Source of the DNA: Malacoraja senta
Lineage: Eukaryota
Length of the DNA stretch: 64,000 bases
NCBI GenBank assembly: GCA_038087875.1
Contig: CM075977.1
Coordinates: 84,816,001 to 84,880,000, forward strand
Direction: 5' to 3'
Made by a program: the position numbers and the translations under genes. Position 1 is the stretch's first letter, and every line of letters starts with the position of its first letter. Positions 49,801 through 64,000 of the stretch are shown here, piece after piece. Below the pieces are notes generated by a model. The model made no database searches and was not told where the DNA came from. It worked only from the letters and a program-made list of their open reading frames with translations.

Positions 49801-50889
49801 ACGTTGACTTGCGTGTGGAGCTAGGATTCCTTGCCCAACAATTCTGCACCTGCATCACCAATCTCTACTCTTAAGAACTTTGCTGTGCATCACAGCTGCC
49901 CTCTTAACAAATTCAACCAGGTTGAATGAGTGCCAGACAAAGCATGTGCCCTGGCATTCTTGAAATTAAAATCTCAAAACATATCATGAAACTAATCGTT
50001 GCTTTCAGCTCCCTGTACACAGGCCATTATCACCATCAGTCGGAGAGACTGCTCATTAAATGGGCTAAGCTGGATCTTTGACTTGTCATGTAGAAGGCTA
50101 TTTAGCAGAAAGATCATGCACCATAAAAAGCAATGGGGGAAAAGTATGAAACTGGATCCAAATCTGATTTTGTGACCTTTGCATGAATGTTCAGCATGAT
50201 ACAGGTAATAAATTGTATGATAACAAAAGCCACTGAACGAGAAGCAGTAATATTTGGCTTCAGAGAGATATGATAAAATCTGTTTTATTAATAAAAGGGC
50301 TTGGAAAACAAAAGGCTGAACAGGTGCTTTTCATTTCAGCTCAGCCAGAAGGCTTAAATTTGTCTTTATTGTAGCTGGTAGAACCACTTCAGATAAATGA
50401 CCAAAAAGAAGAGAATGTAATGAGCACAGAGAGACCCAGGAGTAAAACATGGGAAAGAAATAAGATAAGCTAATAAAATGCTGATGTACGAGAGCAATGA
50501 CATACAGCAATGTGCTTTCTCTCAATGTGGGAAAACATCCCAAAGAGTTTTACAGGTGCAATCAGAAATCAGACAAAATAATAGCAGGATGTATGATGAC
50601 AAGGCTTGGACTTAGTGCCAGTTTATGAGCAACTGTTAAAAAAACAGCAAGGCAGAGACATTTAGAGAGATAATTTTCAAATTGAGGACCTGTGGAAAAG
50701 GTGCTGCAGCCACTAAATATATGGGGGAAGGGACACTTTATGTTGGACATTTTCACAATATTGCAATATGGGAATGTCGGCAGGGAGTGTTGGAATGGTA
50801 GAAGCAGCAAGAAAACAAAGCATTGGGAAGGGAGTCACTGTTGAAGAAACATTTAATGTCACAACCTGGCAAAAAATACACAATTGGGC

Positions 50890-52120
50890 CAAACGTTCAA
50901 GGAACTATGTACTTGCACGCAAAGGTACAAGTCTCACGGTTCTATAACACTCCCTAAGGTCCTGCCATTCATTTGTAAATCTTAACCCTGTTTCAACTCC
51001 TCTAATTGCTTCACCTTGTACTTGTCTGCGTTAAATTCCACCTGTCATCCCCTTGCCAACTTTCCCAGTTGATCTAGATCCTATTCTGACGGCAGGCAAA
51101 CTTTGTTGCTGTCCACAAATACACCAATTTTGGTGGCATCTACAAACTTAATCACGCCACCTACATTCTCTGCCAAATTGTTAACATTCATGACAATAAT
51201 AAAGGGCCCAGCAGTGATCCCTGCAGCACACCAGCAATTACAGGTCTCCAATCTGAAAAGCAATCCACCACTTCCACTCTGTCTCCTACCACCAAGTCAA
51301 TTGACTAATTTATCCTGGATTCCATGTATTCTACCTGTCTAGAACAATCTCGCACGAGGGACTGCATCAAAAGCCTTATAAAAGTTCAATTATAGATGTA
51401 AATAGCCCTTGCACTGCATTTTTATTTCACTGCACTGTATGTGCAAGTGACGAATAAAACTTGACTTGACTTGAAAATATTATTGTTCACCTCCTCAAAA
51501 AACTCAAATCAAATTTGTGCAACATGATATCCCATGAACAAAGCCATGCCAACTAACTTTAATCAGTCGACACTTTAACAAACCAACAATTTTCTTGACA
51601 GTGATCTCAGGCTCACCAACCTATAGTTCTCTGGCTTGCCCCTGCATCCCTTCTTAAATAAAGTCATCAAATTAGCCATCCTCCAATCTTCCGATATCTC
51701 ACTCACGGCTAACGAAGATACATATGACCCTGCCAGGATCCCAGCAATCTCCCTTCTTACCTCCCACAACATCCTAAAATATGCCCGGTCAGACCCCAGG
51801 GATTTTTCAGCCTTTATGTGCTCCAAGACCTCTACCTGCTTCAGGGGGTCATTGTTTTCTTCCCCAAACTCACTAGCTTCCATGTCCTTTTCCATTGTAA
51901 ATATAGCGAGAAGTATTCACTCAAGACCTCACCCATTTCCTGTGGATCCACACACAGATTACCACATTAATCCTAAAGGAGACCTACTCCCTCACTAGTT
52001 ACTATACCATTCTTAGTATTCTTATAGAATATTTTAGGATTCATCCTTATTTTATCTTGATACCTCATCCATGGCTAAAGTAGTTTAAAAAAGTCCCCTT
52101 TTTGCCTTCCTAATTTTCTT
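50890..52120 (-). mobile_element. Old, degenerate CR1 LINE ORF2 fragment
   Basis: EDWRMANLMTLFKKGCRGKPENYRLVSL and a decayed KFVDATKIG RT motif. Confidence 0.8.
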
Positions 52121-52123
52121 CTT

Positions 52124-53695
52124 ACATAGATACATAGAAAATAGGTGCAGGAGTAGGCCATTCGGCCCTTCGAGCCTGCACCGCCATTCAATATGATCAT
52201 GGCTGATCATCCAACTCAGTATCCCGTACCTGCCTTCTCTCCATACCCCCTGATCCCTTTAGCCACAAGGGCCACATCTAACTCCCTCTTAAATATAGCC
52301 AATGAACTGGCCTCAACTACCCTCTGTGGCAGAGAGTTCCAGAGATTCACCACTCTCTGTGTGAAAAAGTTTTTCCTCATCTCGGTCTTAAAGGATTTCC
52401 CCCTTATCCTTAAGCTGTGACCCCTTGTCCTGGACTTCCCCAACATCGGGAACAATCTTCCTGCATCTAGCCTGTCCAACCCCATAAGAATTTTGTACGT
52501 TTCTATAAGATCCCCTCTCAATCTCCTAAATTCTAGCGAGTATAAGCCAAGTCTATCCAGTCTTTCTTCATATGAAGTCCTGACATCCCAGGAATCAGTC
52601 TGGTGAACCTTCTCTGCACTCCCTCTATGGCTATAATGTCCTTCCTCAGATTTGGAGACCAAAACTGTACGCAATACTCCAGGTGTGGTCTCACCAAGAC
52701 CCTGTACAACTGCAGTAGAACCTCCCTGCTCCTATACTCAAATCCTCTTGCTATGAAGGCCAACATACCATTCGCTTTCTTCACTGCCTGCTGCACCTGC
52801 ATGCCTACTTTCAATGACTGGTGTACCATGACACCCAGGTCTCGCTGCATCTCCCCATTTCCTAATCGGCCACCATTTAGATAATAGTCTGCCTTCCCGT
52901 TTTTGCCACCAAAGTGGATAACCTCACATTTATCCACATTATACTGCATCTGCCAAACATTTGCCCACTCACCCAGCCTATCCAAGTCACCTTGCAGTCT
53001 CCTAGCATCCTCCTCACAGCTAACACTGCCCCCCAGCTTAGTGTCATCCGCAAACTTGGAGATGTTGCTTTCAATTCCCTCGTCCAGATCATTAATATAA
53101 ATTGTAAATAGCTGGGGTCCCAGCACTGAGCCTTGCGGTACCCCACTAGTCACTGCCTGCCATTGTGAAAAGGACCCGTTTACTCCTACTCTTTGCTTCC
53201 TGTTTGCCAGCCAGTTCTCTATCCACATCAATACTGAACCCCCAATACCGTGTGATTTAAGTTTGTATCCTAATCTCTTATGTGGTACCTTGTCGAAAGC
53301 CTTCTGAAAGTCCAGATACAACACATCCACTGGTTCTCCCCTATCCACTCTACTAGTTACATCCTCGAAAAATTCTATAAGATTCGTCAGACACGATTTA
53401 CCTTTCGTAAATCCATGCTGACTTTGTCCAATGATTTCACCACTTTCCAAATGTGCTGCTATCCCATCTTTAATAACTGACTCTAGCAGTTTCCCCACTA
53501 CCGATGTTAGACTAACTGGTCTGTAATTCCCCGTTTTCTCTCTCCCTCCCTTCTTAAAAAGTGGGGTTACGTTTGCTACCCTCCAATCCTCAGGAACTAC
53601 TCCAGAATCTAAAGAGTTTTGAAAAATTATCACTAATGCAGCCACTATTTCTGGAGCTACTTCCTTAGGTACTCTGGGATGCAGCCTATCTGGCT
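52124..53695 (-). mobile_element. Young 5'-truncated CR1 LINE with reverse-transcriptase domain
   Basis: 392-aa ORF with NYRPVSLTS, YLDFQKAFDKV, GVPQGSVLGP, KFADD; one frameshift near 52575; intact 3' UTR and CTATGT tail. Confidence 0.97.
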
Positions 53696-54524
53696 GAACT
53701 CCTACATCCATTATATTCCGAGGGACTTGCTCTATCCCAGCTGTCTATACGAAACAAATGTCTCCTCCTTTTCTGACCAGAGCCTGAATTTTCGTTTTCA
53801 GTTCCCAAATTTTGCAAGCGTAGCTCTTCCTACCTCATTTATATTTAAATACACACAGAGAATGGTGGCAGTCTGGAATGTGGTGGTTGAGGTAGATATG
53901 ATAGTGGCATTTAAGAGGCTTTTAGATACTTATACTGGGAATGAAAGGATATGGATCACATTAAGAGGGGAGTTTAACTTAGCATCGTGTCCATCACTTA
54001 TATTGTTGGGTGTGGGTCAGAGCAGCAGCTTGAGCCTATTATTCCATCCATAATATAGGGAGAATAACAGTACCCATTCCCTCCTTGTCAAACTTCTTCA
54101 GTTAATGCAACAGACAGAAAACGTAAACTGGCTATGCTGCAAAACCTACTTAAATTGAAAAAAAGGCAAAGTAGTGGGACCTGCACTTAATACACTAACA
54201 GTCTTATTAAGCAATGAGGCAAATTATTCTGTTCTGCCATGTCATTTCCCTGTTTACATGTGAAGCTTTTTGGATGGCTCAAAATAGTGAAGTACTGCCT
54301 GGAACCAGACGGCCTGGATTGAACTCTCAAGGTGCATTGAGTTACCTCACTTCAAATGGGCAACTAATGAGAATCCCACAATTATTGTATAGTAAATGTC
54401 ATTTGACCCATTTGGAATATTTCAGACAGAAAGATTTGAATAGGATCTTTACTTGGAAATTAAAATATTGACTTCAAAAAAATTCATGCTTTAATATAAA
54501 ATTATATCAACTGGAGGCACGCAC

Positions 54525-55809
54525 CTGTTCTGATGGCTCAAAATTCATTTCCTTCTCAGACTTGATTGCTGTTTTAGTGCTCATGCAGGCATCCAACTTG
54601 CTATCCATCCGCTCGATTTTAGGTTTAATATTATACATACTAGTGTCGTCCTTATCCAGTAAGTATCGAAGTAGTGCATTTTCTTTTCTCTTCGGGCTCA
54701 TTTGTTCCTGTTTAGGTATTTCTCCACCAGGAATTGAACTGCCCACGTCCTGGTTGTGTTCCTTACCTGTGGCCTCTGCTGTCAGCTTTGCCAAATCTAC
54801 AGGAGAAGTGCTGTCCTGCAGGAGTCTGTGCAAAATTTTATGTTTTTCTTTCAGCGAGGGCCCATGTGATGCAGAGGTGTTGGTTGTGGATGATGTCACT
54901 GCTGAAGTAGACAGTAATCCTAATGAATTGCCTGGAGAGTCTTTCATTGAATCTCCAAGAGAACTTGGCAAAGGGGAAGCTTCCACTTGATCTGATTTGG
55001 TGATCAGTAACTGTAGGAGTTTGGTATGTCCTTTGCCATCATGCCCTCTGCCTTGGCCATCAGTCCTTTCTCCGCCACCAAATGGATTTAAGTTACTTTC
55101 ATTGCCATCTTTCTGTTCACCAGAAAGTCCACTTTCTGACTGCCCGGTTGCAACTTCAGTTGGTCCTGGCTCACCGAACAACCCAAAGGAATCTTTGGAG
55201 TCCACGCTCCCTTTTTTAGTGAGCGAAGAACTGGTGTTTCCAGGAGAATTTTGCAAAGTCACCATTTTCAGTTCGGGTGATGCTCCATGAGATACTCCAT
55301 GTCCTTCACTGAGGGCTTGAAGTGCATTAAGGGAGCTGCTAGAGTAGCTATGGCTATTCCCTGTGCTGCTACAAACCCCGACTGGAGAATGCAAGTTTCC
55401 TACCGGAGAAAACTGATTAGCTGAGATGCAAGGGCTTCCAACCACCCCGGGACTTCCACGATGTCTGGGAGAAAGCATGGAGTTCTTCTGCCCAGCAGTC
55501 ACGCCTGGACTACTTCTTGATGGGCTGCCCATTTTGAGTGCATAGTTACTACCCTGAGGAGGGGCTGCTTGCATGCTTGATCCATGGTTTATTCCTCCTG
55601 CAACAAACCTGTTTCCTGGCATTTGTCCCATACCTGTTTGCTCTTTCAGACCATTCAAGGCAAAACTTGAACTGCTGTTCATTGCCATCTCTTGACCTGT
55701 TGTTGCAGCTGAAACACCTGCCATGGCTGGACTACTAGAATTTGGATTCAATGGCTTTACCATTCCTTGTCCAGTTGATTCCTGATTCATCCCACAGACA
55801 TTTTGCTCT
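54525..55809 (-). CDS. NCOA2: NCOA2 large exon (human exon 11 equivalent), nuclear-receptor interaction domain with three LxxLL boxes
   Basis: Acceptor ttaaaactgcag|AGAGCAAAAT, donor GAACAG|gtgcgt. Encodes EQNVCGMN...GSNYALKM...KLLQLL (55005-55019)...KILHRLLQD (54819-54833)...[12 protein letters not shown] (54657-54671)...FEPSEQ, colinear with human NCOA2 as recalled. Confidence 0.97.
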
Positions 55810-56032
55810 CTGCAGTTTTAAAGAAAACAGGCAAGTCATACCACTGCAATTAAAATATCAAACGCATACATTTATACAGGATCAATGGAGAGGAGGGATG
55901 AAGGTGACTGTGGGCATTGGAGATGGATGATGATGTTTCAGGCACCCAAGGGAGAATGGTCAAAATCAGCAAGTTTATTTTAAACATAAAGGGCACTTAG
56001 CAGTAGCAAAACCTCAGCTTTGGACAACATCA

Positions 56033-56661
56033 CTTCATAACAAGAGGAGTTGAGTATAGGAGCAAAGAGGTGCTTCTGCATTTGTACAGGGCTCTAGTGA
56101 GACCACACCTGGAGTATTGCGTGCAGTTTTGGTCTCCCAATTTGAGGAAGGACATTCTTGCTATTGAGGGAGTGCAGCGTAGGTTCATCAGGTTAATTCC
56201 CGGGATGGCTGGACTGTCATATGTTGATAGAATGGAGCAGCTGGGCTTGTACACTCTGGAATTTAGAAAGATGAGAGGGGATCTTATTGAAACATATAAG
56301 ATTATTAAGGGTTTGGACACGCTAGAGGCAGGAAACATGTTTCCGATGTTGGGGGAGTCCAGAACCAGGGGCCACAGTTTAAGAATAAGGGGTAAGCCAT
56401 TTAGAACAGTGATGAGGAAAAACCTTTTCACACAGAGAATTGTGAGTTTGTGGAATTCTCTGCCTCAGAGGGCGGTGGAGGCTGGCTCTCTGGATACTTT
56501 CAAGAGAGAGTTAGACAGAGCTCTTAAAAATAGTGGTCAAGGGATATGGGGAGAAGGCAGGAATGGGGTACTGATTGTGGATGATCAGCCATGATCACAT
56601 TGAATGGCGGTGCTGGCTCGAAGGGACGAAGACCTACTCCTGCATCTGTTGTCTATTGTCT
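56033..56661 (+). mobile_element. CR1 LINE 3' fragment
   Basis: LVRPHLEYCVQFWSP...LWNSLPQ; CR1 3' UTR with TTGTCTA tail. Confidence 0.93.
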
Positions 56662-57119
56662 AAGTACCATTGACCATTTGCTGAAGCACATCTCACATTC
56701 ATTGTGAAGACCTGGTCTGGAAGGATAAATCTCTTGAGATCCAGGCTGAGCTGGGCAATTAGATATAAAATTGTCTTGAAGATAAGAAAGAGGGTTGTGG
56801 TAGAAGGCAGCTTTTCTAGACTGCAGACTGTGAAGTTTCCATGTTGCATAGCTCTGCGGCCTTTTAACTATCATCTGCTTCTATGCAAGGGTATAACACC
56901 ACCCCTGGGCCACATTGACGCATGCAAATGCTGCATGGGTCACACCAACCCGAGGTGCATAGTGCACATCCAAGCAAATCCTTGTACGGGCATGTCACTT
57001 GCACAGACAATATGGAAGTAATATTGCAAACTTCAAATTACACAAAGTACAGTGCAATCCAATGAACTTCTGTGGAGTTGTACATAAAAATAGTGCTCTA
57101 TGTAACAGAAGGTCAAGAC

Positions 57120-57319
57120 NNNNNNNNNNNNNNNNNNNNNNNNNNNNNNNNNNNNNNNNNNNNNNNNNNNNNNNNNNNNNNNNNNNNNNNNNNNNNNNNN
57201 NNNNNNNNNNNNNNNNNNNNNNNNNNNNNNNNNNNNNNNNNNNNNNNNNNNNNNNNNNNNNNNNNNNNNNNNNNNNNNNNNNNNNNNNNNNNNNNNNNNN
57301 NNNNNNNNNNNNNNNNNNN
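57120..57319. other. Assembly gap (200 N)
   Basis: Run of exactly 200 N. Confidence 0.99.
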
Positions 57320-60300
57320 AACAAGGAAATAAGAACCCTTCTTATTTGTCCCCCCCCCTCCTCCCCCTCCCCTCCCTGTCCTCCATACTGAGGAAAGCTC
57401 AAGTACAACATTGAATTCCGATTGAAATCAACTTCAGGCCGACTGGAAGATGGAACAAATCCACTGGGCGTGGGGCATTTACCCAATGAATCACCGGAGG
57501 AGCTAAAGCTTGTCAGGCAAAATCATGGTCAGTGAATTTTCATCCAAGCAAGATGTATATTATCGTAAAACAAGAGTGCATAGCTCTTGCATATCAACCT
57601 TGAGTGGGATAATTAATTTCCTATGAAAATAATCCATTAGACCATGGGGCATAATGACCATCCCAACCTCACTTTGCTATGTACTATTAAGTTTTTACTC
57701 ATTTCAGGATCACCCACTTAACATTGATGCAAATTTAGTAAATAAATATCAGATTAAATCTAGGGAATCAATTATAAAAGATACCCATTAAGTGAATTAC
57801 TTATCAGTAATCCACAAAAATTCCTGCCATCAAAAATAGTTTAAGTACAATTTTTATCTCGAGTGGATATCTTTCAATTCCTTATGACATAATTAATACA
57901 GTTTGAGAACCTACAAGCTAGGAGCAGGAATGGACCGCACTGCCCATCAACTCAATTCTGGCATTAAAGAACAATATGGTTGATCTGGCTGTAACATCAA
58001 CACCATATTCCTGCTTATTCAGGGTTACATTTCACTAAATGTTCATCAGGAATCTATACACCTCTACATTAGAAATATTCAAAGGTATTCCTCCCCTTGA
58101 AGGAGAGAGTTCCAAAGAATCTTGACCCTGAAGGGAACAAAAGTCTAATCTCTCATGGCACCTTTTTATGTAATTACACATTTTAAAAAAGTGTCTGATT
58201 CTAAATCCTCGCATATAACGAATCAATATTTCCACTTCTGCCCTTTCAAGAATATTCAGGATCTTCAATGAGTGAATAGTAAGCTTTAAGTTCAACTATA
58301 TTTTAAATTTATGAAATTATTTAAGATGCTTGACCCTAATGGGATGTTGCACATTAGATTTACAAAATTGGGGTGCAGATGTGCTCAATTTATGAGGAAG
58401 TATATGCAGTGATCACATATAGAGAAACACAAAGCTGCAAGAATCACAGGTATTATTGATTTAACTTTGATTTTTTTACACCTCGGTATATGAAGTATGT
58501 TTGTTACTACCACATTAAAACTTCCCAAACTGATCTCAATTTCTTTTTTGAACTGACCTGACTGCACAAAAAAGATTGCTTAGAAATATAGTAATCTATG
58601 ATCAAAGTGGGTTTATTTCTCTGCATAACAATGGTGTTCAAACCTTTCTGTAACAATTTGGGGGGGGGGGGGGGGGAAGGCGAGGGTACTTCATAAACAG
58701 CCCATGTTATTTGTTCTGTTGCATTTCACCAGAAGTTGTTTCCTGAACTCTCTCATTTGGTTAACAATCTGAAGAACCTTCAAGTCTGAATTCTGATATA
58801 ACAGCAAGCACCCTGATGTGTGACTAAATGTTAAAGATTTAGAATTTGTATTTAGCCCGCCATCAAATATACTGGTTTCAAACAAAGAGGAAACGTCAAC
58901 GGTGTTTATATATTAACTCAGCATTATTTCAAACTATTTCAAATCAAACTCTTCATTATCAATTTCAAAGTCTATTTCAAACTAAGTTTAATTATAAATG
59001 GTTTATTCGTTTATATAGCTCTTAATATGGTTAAACACGCAAGGTTTAACCATCAAGAATCAAGATTGCCTTCTTGGGCAGCTGATGATTTAATGTTATG
59101 TTCGACAGGTGCATAAACATTGCTGAGGCCTTCTGGAAAACAAGGAACTAGGAGAATGTGGATGTCGTTCCCAAGAGTGCAGTTGTATAAAGATGACAAT
59201 GTGGCATCTGCTTCCAGAGATTACTAGTTAACCTATTTTTACATTATTAATTATTCCCAGGTTGGCCATTTTAGCCAAGAACTTCAATATAATTCATGTT
59301 AATGTGAAGAATAAATGTATTGGTGCATGTGATTGACAGAAAACATGACAGAAATTTTCCAATGACAGAACTAAATTGGTTCTCTTTCACTTGCAGAGTA
59401 ACTCCTTCATCAGTAAAATTTAATGAGACACTTGGTATCCACATCATTCTGTGCATTAGATGTACATCCTACAGCCCATTGGAATCTTTAATCTTACTCA
59501 AATCAACACTATCTACACAACCTGCATATTTACTCCTTCTTCACAGAACCGACCTTGATACTAGATCCCATTTAACTTTGTTGTTAAGCAACCCTGTGAG
59601 GAAGCCATGCTTATGTCATCAGCCATTCTCAGGCCTAGTGACGATAGAATGTCTTTGACCTTTAACTGTATGGGCAGGATAAGATCAGTTATATTGTCAG
59701 AGTAGGGATGGAGACGTCACACAAAAACCTCTGAAGCTACATTACTTATACACACCTTAGTGGGTAACAACCAGCAGGTACAGAATAACTCACAAATCTT
59801 CTAAAGGGTGAATTTCCAATAAAATCTTGCACAATTTCCAAATTAAAGACAAATTAAACCATTTTATAAAATTAAAGTTGCCAGGATGTCTCCTGCACAA
59901 AGTGGCAAGCTATTCAATACCAACACAGGCGCACAGTTGACCTAATTGTTGTTCTAATTGTAAAATTTAACACAATACCTGATACGTTGACTTGCGTGTG
60001 GAGCTAGGATTCCTTGCCCAACAATTCTGCACCTGCATCACCAATCTCTACTCTTAAGAACTTTGCTGTGCATCACAGCTGCCCTCTTAACAAATTCAAC
60101 CAGGTTGAATGAGTGCCAGACAAAGCATGTGCCCTGGCATTCTTGAAATTAAAATCTCAAAACATATCATGAAACTAATCGTTGCTTTCAGCTCCCTGTA
60201 CACAGGCCATTATCACCATCAGTCGGAGAGACTGCTCATTAAATGGGCTAAGCTGGATCTTTGACTTGTCATGTAGAAGGCTATTTAGCAGAAAGATCAT

Positions 60301-63300
60301 GCACCATAAAAAGCAATGGGGGAAAAGTATGAAACTGGATCCAAATCTGATTTTGTGACCTTTGCATGAATGTTCAGCATGATACAGGTAATAAATTGTA
60401 TGATAACAAAAGCCACTGAACGAGAAGCAGTAATATTTGGCTTCAGAGAGATATGATAAAATCTGTTTTATTAATAAAAGGGCTTGGAAAACAAAAGGCT
60501 GAACAGGTGCTTTTCATTTCAGCTCAGCCAGAAGGCTTAAATTTGTCTTTATTGTAGCTGGTAGAACCACTTCAGATAAATGACCAAAAAGAAGAGAATG
60601 TAATGAGCACAGAGAGACCCAGGAGTAAAACATGGGAAAGAAATAAGATAAGCTAATAAAATGCTGATGTACGAGAGCAATGACATACAGCAATGTGCTT
60701 TCTCTCAATGTGGGAAAACATCCCAAAGAGTTTTACAGGTGCAATCAGAAATCAGACAAAATAATAGCAGGATGTATGATGACAAGGCTTGGACTTAGTG
60801 CCAGTTTATGAGCAACTGTTAAAAAAACAGCAAGGCAGAGACATTTAGAGAGATAATTTTCAAATTGAGGACCTGTGGAAAAGGTGCTGCAGCCACTAAA
60901 TATATGGGGGAAGGGACACTTTATGTTGGACATTTTCACAATATTGCAATATGGGAATGTCGGCAGGGAGTGTTGGAATGGTAGAAGCAGCAAGAAAACA
61001 AAGCATTGGGAAGGGAGTCACTGTTGAAGAAACATTTAATGTCACAACCTGGCAAAAAATACACAATTGGGCCAAACGTTCAAGGAACTATGTACTTGCA
61101 CGCAAAGGTACAAGTCTCACGGTTCTATAACACTCCCTAAGGTCCTGCCATTCATTTGTAAATCTTAACCCTGTTTCAACTCCTCTAATTGCTTCACCTT
61201 GTACTTGTCTGCGTTAAATTCCACCTGTCATCCCCTTGCCAACTTTCCCAGTTGATCTAGATCCTATTCTGACGGCAGGCAAACTTTGTTGCTGTCCACA
61301 AATACACCAATTTTGGTGGCATCTACAAACTTAATCACGCCACCTACATTCTCTGCCAAATTGTTAACATTCATGACAATAATAAAGGGCCCAGCAGTGA
61401 TCCCTGCAGCACACCAGCAATTACAGGTCTCCAATCTGAAAAGCAATCCACCACTTCCACTCTGTCTCCTACCACCAAGTCAATTGACTAATTTATCCTG
61501 GATTCCATGTATTCTACCTGTCTAGAACAATCTCGCACGAGGGACTGCATCAAAAGCCTTATAAAAGTTCAATTATAGATGTAAATAGCCCTTGCACTGC
61601 ATTTTTATTTCACTGCACTGTATGTGCAAGTGACGAATAAAACTTGACTTGACTTGAAAATATTATTGTTCACCTCCTCAAAAAACTCAAATCAAATTTG
61701 TGCAACATGATATCCCATGAACAAAGCCATGCCAACTAACTTTAATCAGTCGACACTTTAACAAACCAACAATTTTCTTGACAGTGATCTCAGGCTCACC
61801 AACCTATAGTTCTCTGGCTTGCCCCTGCATCCCTTCTTAAATAAAGTCATCAAATTAGCCATCCTCCAATCTTCCGATATCTCACTCACGGCTAACGAAG
61901 ATACATATGACCCTGCCAGGATCCCAGCAATCTCCCTTCTTACCTCCCACAACATCCTAAAATATGCCCGGTCAGACCCCAGGGATTTTTCAGCCTTTAT
62001 GTGCTCCAAGACCTCTACCTGCTTCAGGGGGTCATTGTTTTCTTCCCCAAACTCACTAGCTTCCATGTCCTTTTCCATTGTAAATATAGCGAGAAGTATT
62101 CACTCAAGACCTCACCCATTTCCTGTGGATCCACACACAGATTACCACATTAATCCTAAAGGAGACCTACTCCCTCACTAGTTACTATACCATTCTTAGT
62201 ATTCTTATAGAATATTTTAGGATTCATCCTTATTTTATCTTGATACCTCATCCATGGCTAAAGTAGTTTAAAAAAGTCCCCTTTTTGCCTTCCTAATTTT
62301 CTTCTTACATAGATACATAGAAAATAGGTGCAGGAGTAGGCCATTCGGCCCTTCGAGCCTGCACCGCCATTCAATATGATCATGGCTGATCATCCAACTC
62401 AGTATCCCGTACCTGCCTTCTCTCCATACCCCCTGATCCCTTTAGCCACAAGGGCCACATCTAACTCCCTCTTAAATATAGCCAATGAACTGGCCTCAAC
62501 TACCCTCTGTGGCAGAGAGTTCCAGAGATTCACCACTCTCTGTGTGAAAAAGTTTTTCCTCATCTCGGTCTTAAAGGATTTCCCCCTTATCCTTAAGCTG
62601 TGACCCCTTGTCCTGGACTTCCCCAACATCGGGAACAATCTTCCTGCATCTAGCCTGTCCAACCCCATAAGAATTTTGTACGTTTCTATAAGATCCCCTC
62701 TCAATCTCCTAAATTCTAGCGAGTATAAGCCAAGTCTATCCAGTCTTTCTTCATATGAAGTCCTGACATCCCAGGAATCAGTCTGGTGAACCTTCTCTGC
62801 ACTCCCTCTATGGCTATAATGTCCTTCCTCAGATTTGGAGACCAAAACTGTACGCAATACTCCAGGTGTGGTCTCACCAAGACCCTGTACAACTGCAGTA
62901 GAACCTCCCTGCTCCTATACTCAAATCCTCTTGCTATGAAGGCCAACATACCATTCGCTTTCTTCACTGCCTGCTGCACCTGCATGCCTACTTTCAATGA
63001 CTGGTGTACCATGACACCCAGGTCTCGCTGCATCTCCCCATTTCCTAATCGGCCACCATTTAGATAATAGTCTGCCTTCCCGTTTTTGCCACCAAAGTGG
63101 ATAACCTCACATTTATCCACATTATACTGCATCTGCCAAACATTTGCCCACTCACCCAGCCTATCCAAGTCACCTTGCAGTCTCCTAGCATCCTCCTCAC
63201 AGCTAACACTGCCCCCCAGCTTAGTGTCATCCGCAAACTTGGAGATGTTGCTTTCAATTCCCTCGTCCAGATCATTAATATAAATTGTAAATAGCTGGGG

Positions 63301-64000
63301 TCCCAGCACTGAGCCTTGCGGTACCCCACTAGTCACTGCCTGCCATTGTGAAAAGGACCCGTTTACTCCTACTCTTTGCTTCCTGTTTGCCAGCCAGTTC
63401 TCTATCCACATCAATACTGAACCCCCAATACCGTGTGATTTAAGTTTGTATCCTAATCTCTTATGTGGTACCTTGTCGAAAGCCTTCTGAAAGTCCAGAT
63501 ACAACACATCCACTGGTTCTCCCCTATCCACTCTACTAGTTACATCCTCGAAAAATTCTATAAGATTCGTCAGACACGATTTACCTTTCGTAAATCCATG
63601 CTGACTTTGTCCAATGATTTCACCACTTTCCAAATGTGCTGCTATCCCATCTTTAATAACTGACTCTAGCAGTTTCCCCACTACCGATGTTAGACTAACT
63701 GGTCTGTAATTCCCCGTTTTCTCTCTCCCTCCCTTCTTAAAAAGTGGGGTTACGTTTGCTACCCTCCAATCCTCAGGAACTACTCCAGAATCTAAAGAGT
63801 TTTGAAAAATTATCACTAATGCAGCCACTATTTCTGGAGCTACTTCCTTAGGTACTCTGGGATGCAGCCTATCTGGCTGAACTCCTACATCCATTATATT
63901 CCGAGGGACTTGCTCTATCCCAGCTGTCTATACGAAACAAATGTCTCCTCCTTTTCTGACCAGAGCCTGAATTTTCGTTTTCAGTTCCCAAATTTTGCAA
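57320..64000 (+). repeat. Direct duplicate of 47137-53817
   Basis: Every ORF recurs identically at +10183; even the G17 homopolymer has the same length. Confidence 0.97.
62307..63878 (-). mobile_element. CR1 LINE (duplicate of 52124-53695)
   Basis: Identical ORFs offset by 10183 bp. Confidence 0.9.

Noticed and set aside
54562-55290. Plus-strand ORFs of 142 and 97 aa
   Set aside because: Antisense shadows of the NCOA2 exon; the same applies to antisense ORFs over Tc1 and CR1.
56995-57486. ORFs spanning the N run
   Set aside because: Artefacts of translating through the gap.

Overview
Vertebrate genomic DNA, most likely from a cartilaginous fish (skate/ray-type CR1, tRNA-SINE and Penelope-like repeat families). 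The minus strand carries the 3' part of NCOA2 (SRC-2/TIF2/GRIP1). Twelve coding exons, equivalent to human exons 11-21 and 23, have consistent GT-AG splice sites and phases. They encode the three LxxLL NR boxes, the CBP/p300-interaction region and the Q-rich/AD2 region, end in KYC* at 9099, and are followed by a probable ~6.5 kb 3' UTR. Introns and UTR hold three full-length IR/DR Tc1 transposons, hAT and PIF/Harbinger MITEs, CR1, L1-like and L2-like LINE fragments (several nested, with target-site duplications), tRNA-derived SINEs, and many Penelope-derived short repeats with a minimal hammerhead-ribozyme core. 57320-64000 is an apparently identical copy of 47137-53817 next to a 200-N gap, probably an assembly artefact. 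The most notable observation is an alternative acceptor just past the NCOA2 stop, followed by a frameshifted SRC-1a-like C-terminal tail (VQKVHVLADVQCKVNI...LGG...KFLLQVLLTE) with an extra LxxLL motif. All homology statements come from recalled family sequences, not database searches.
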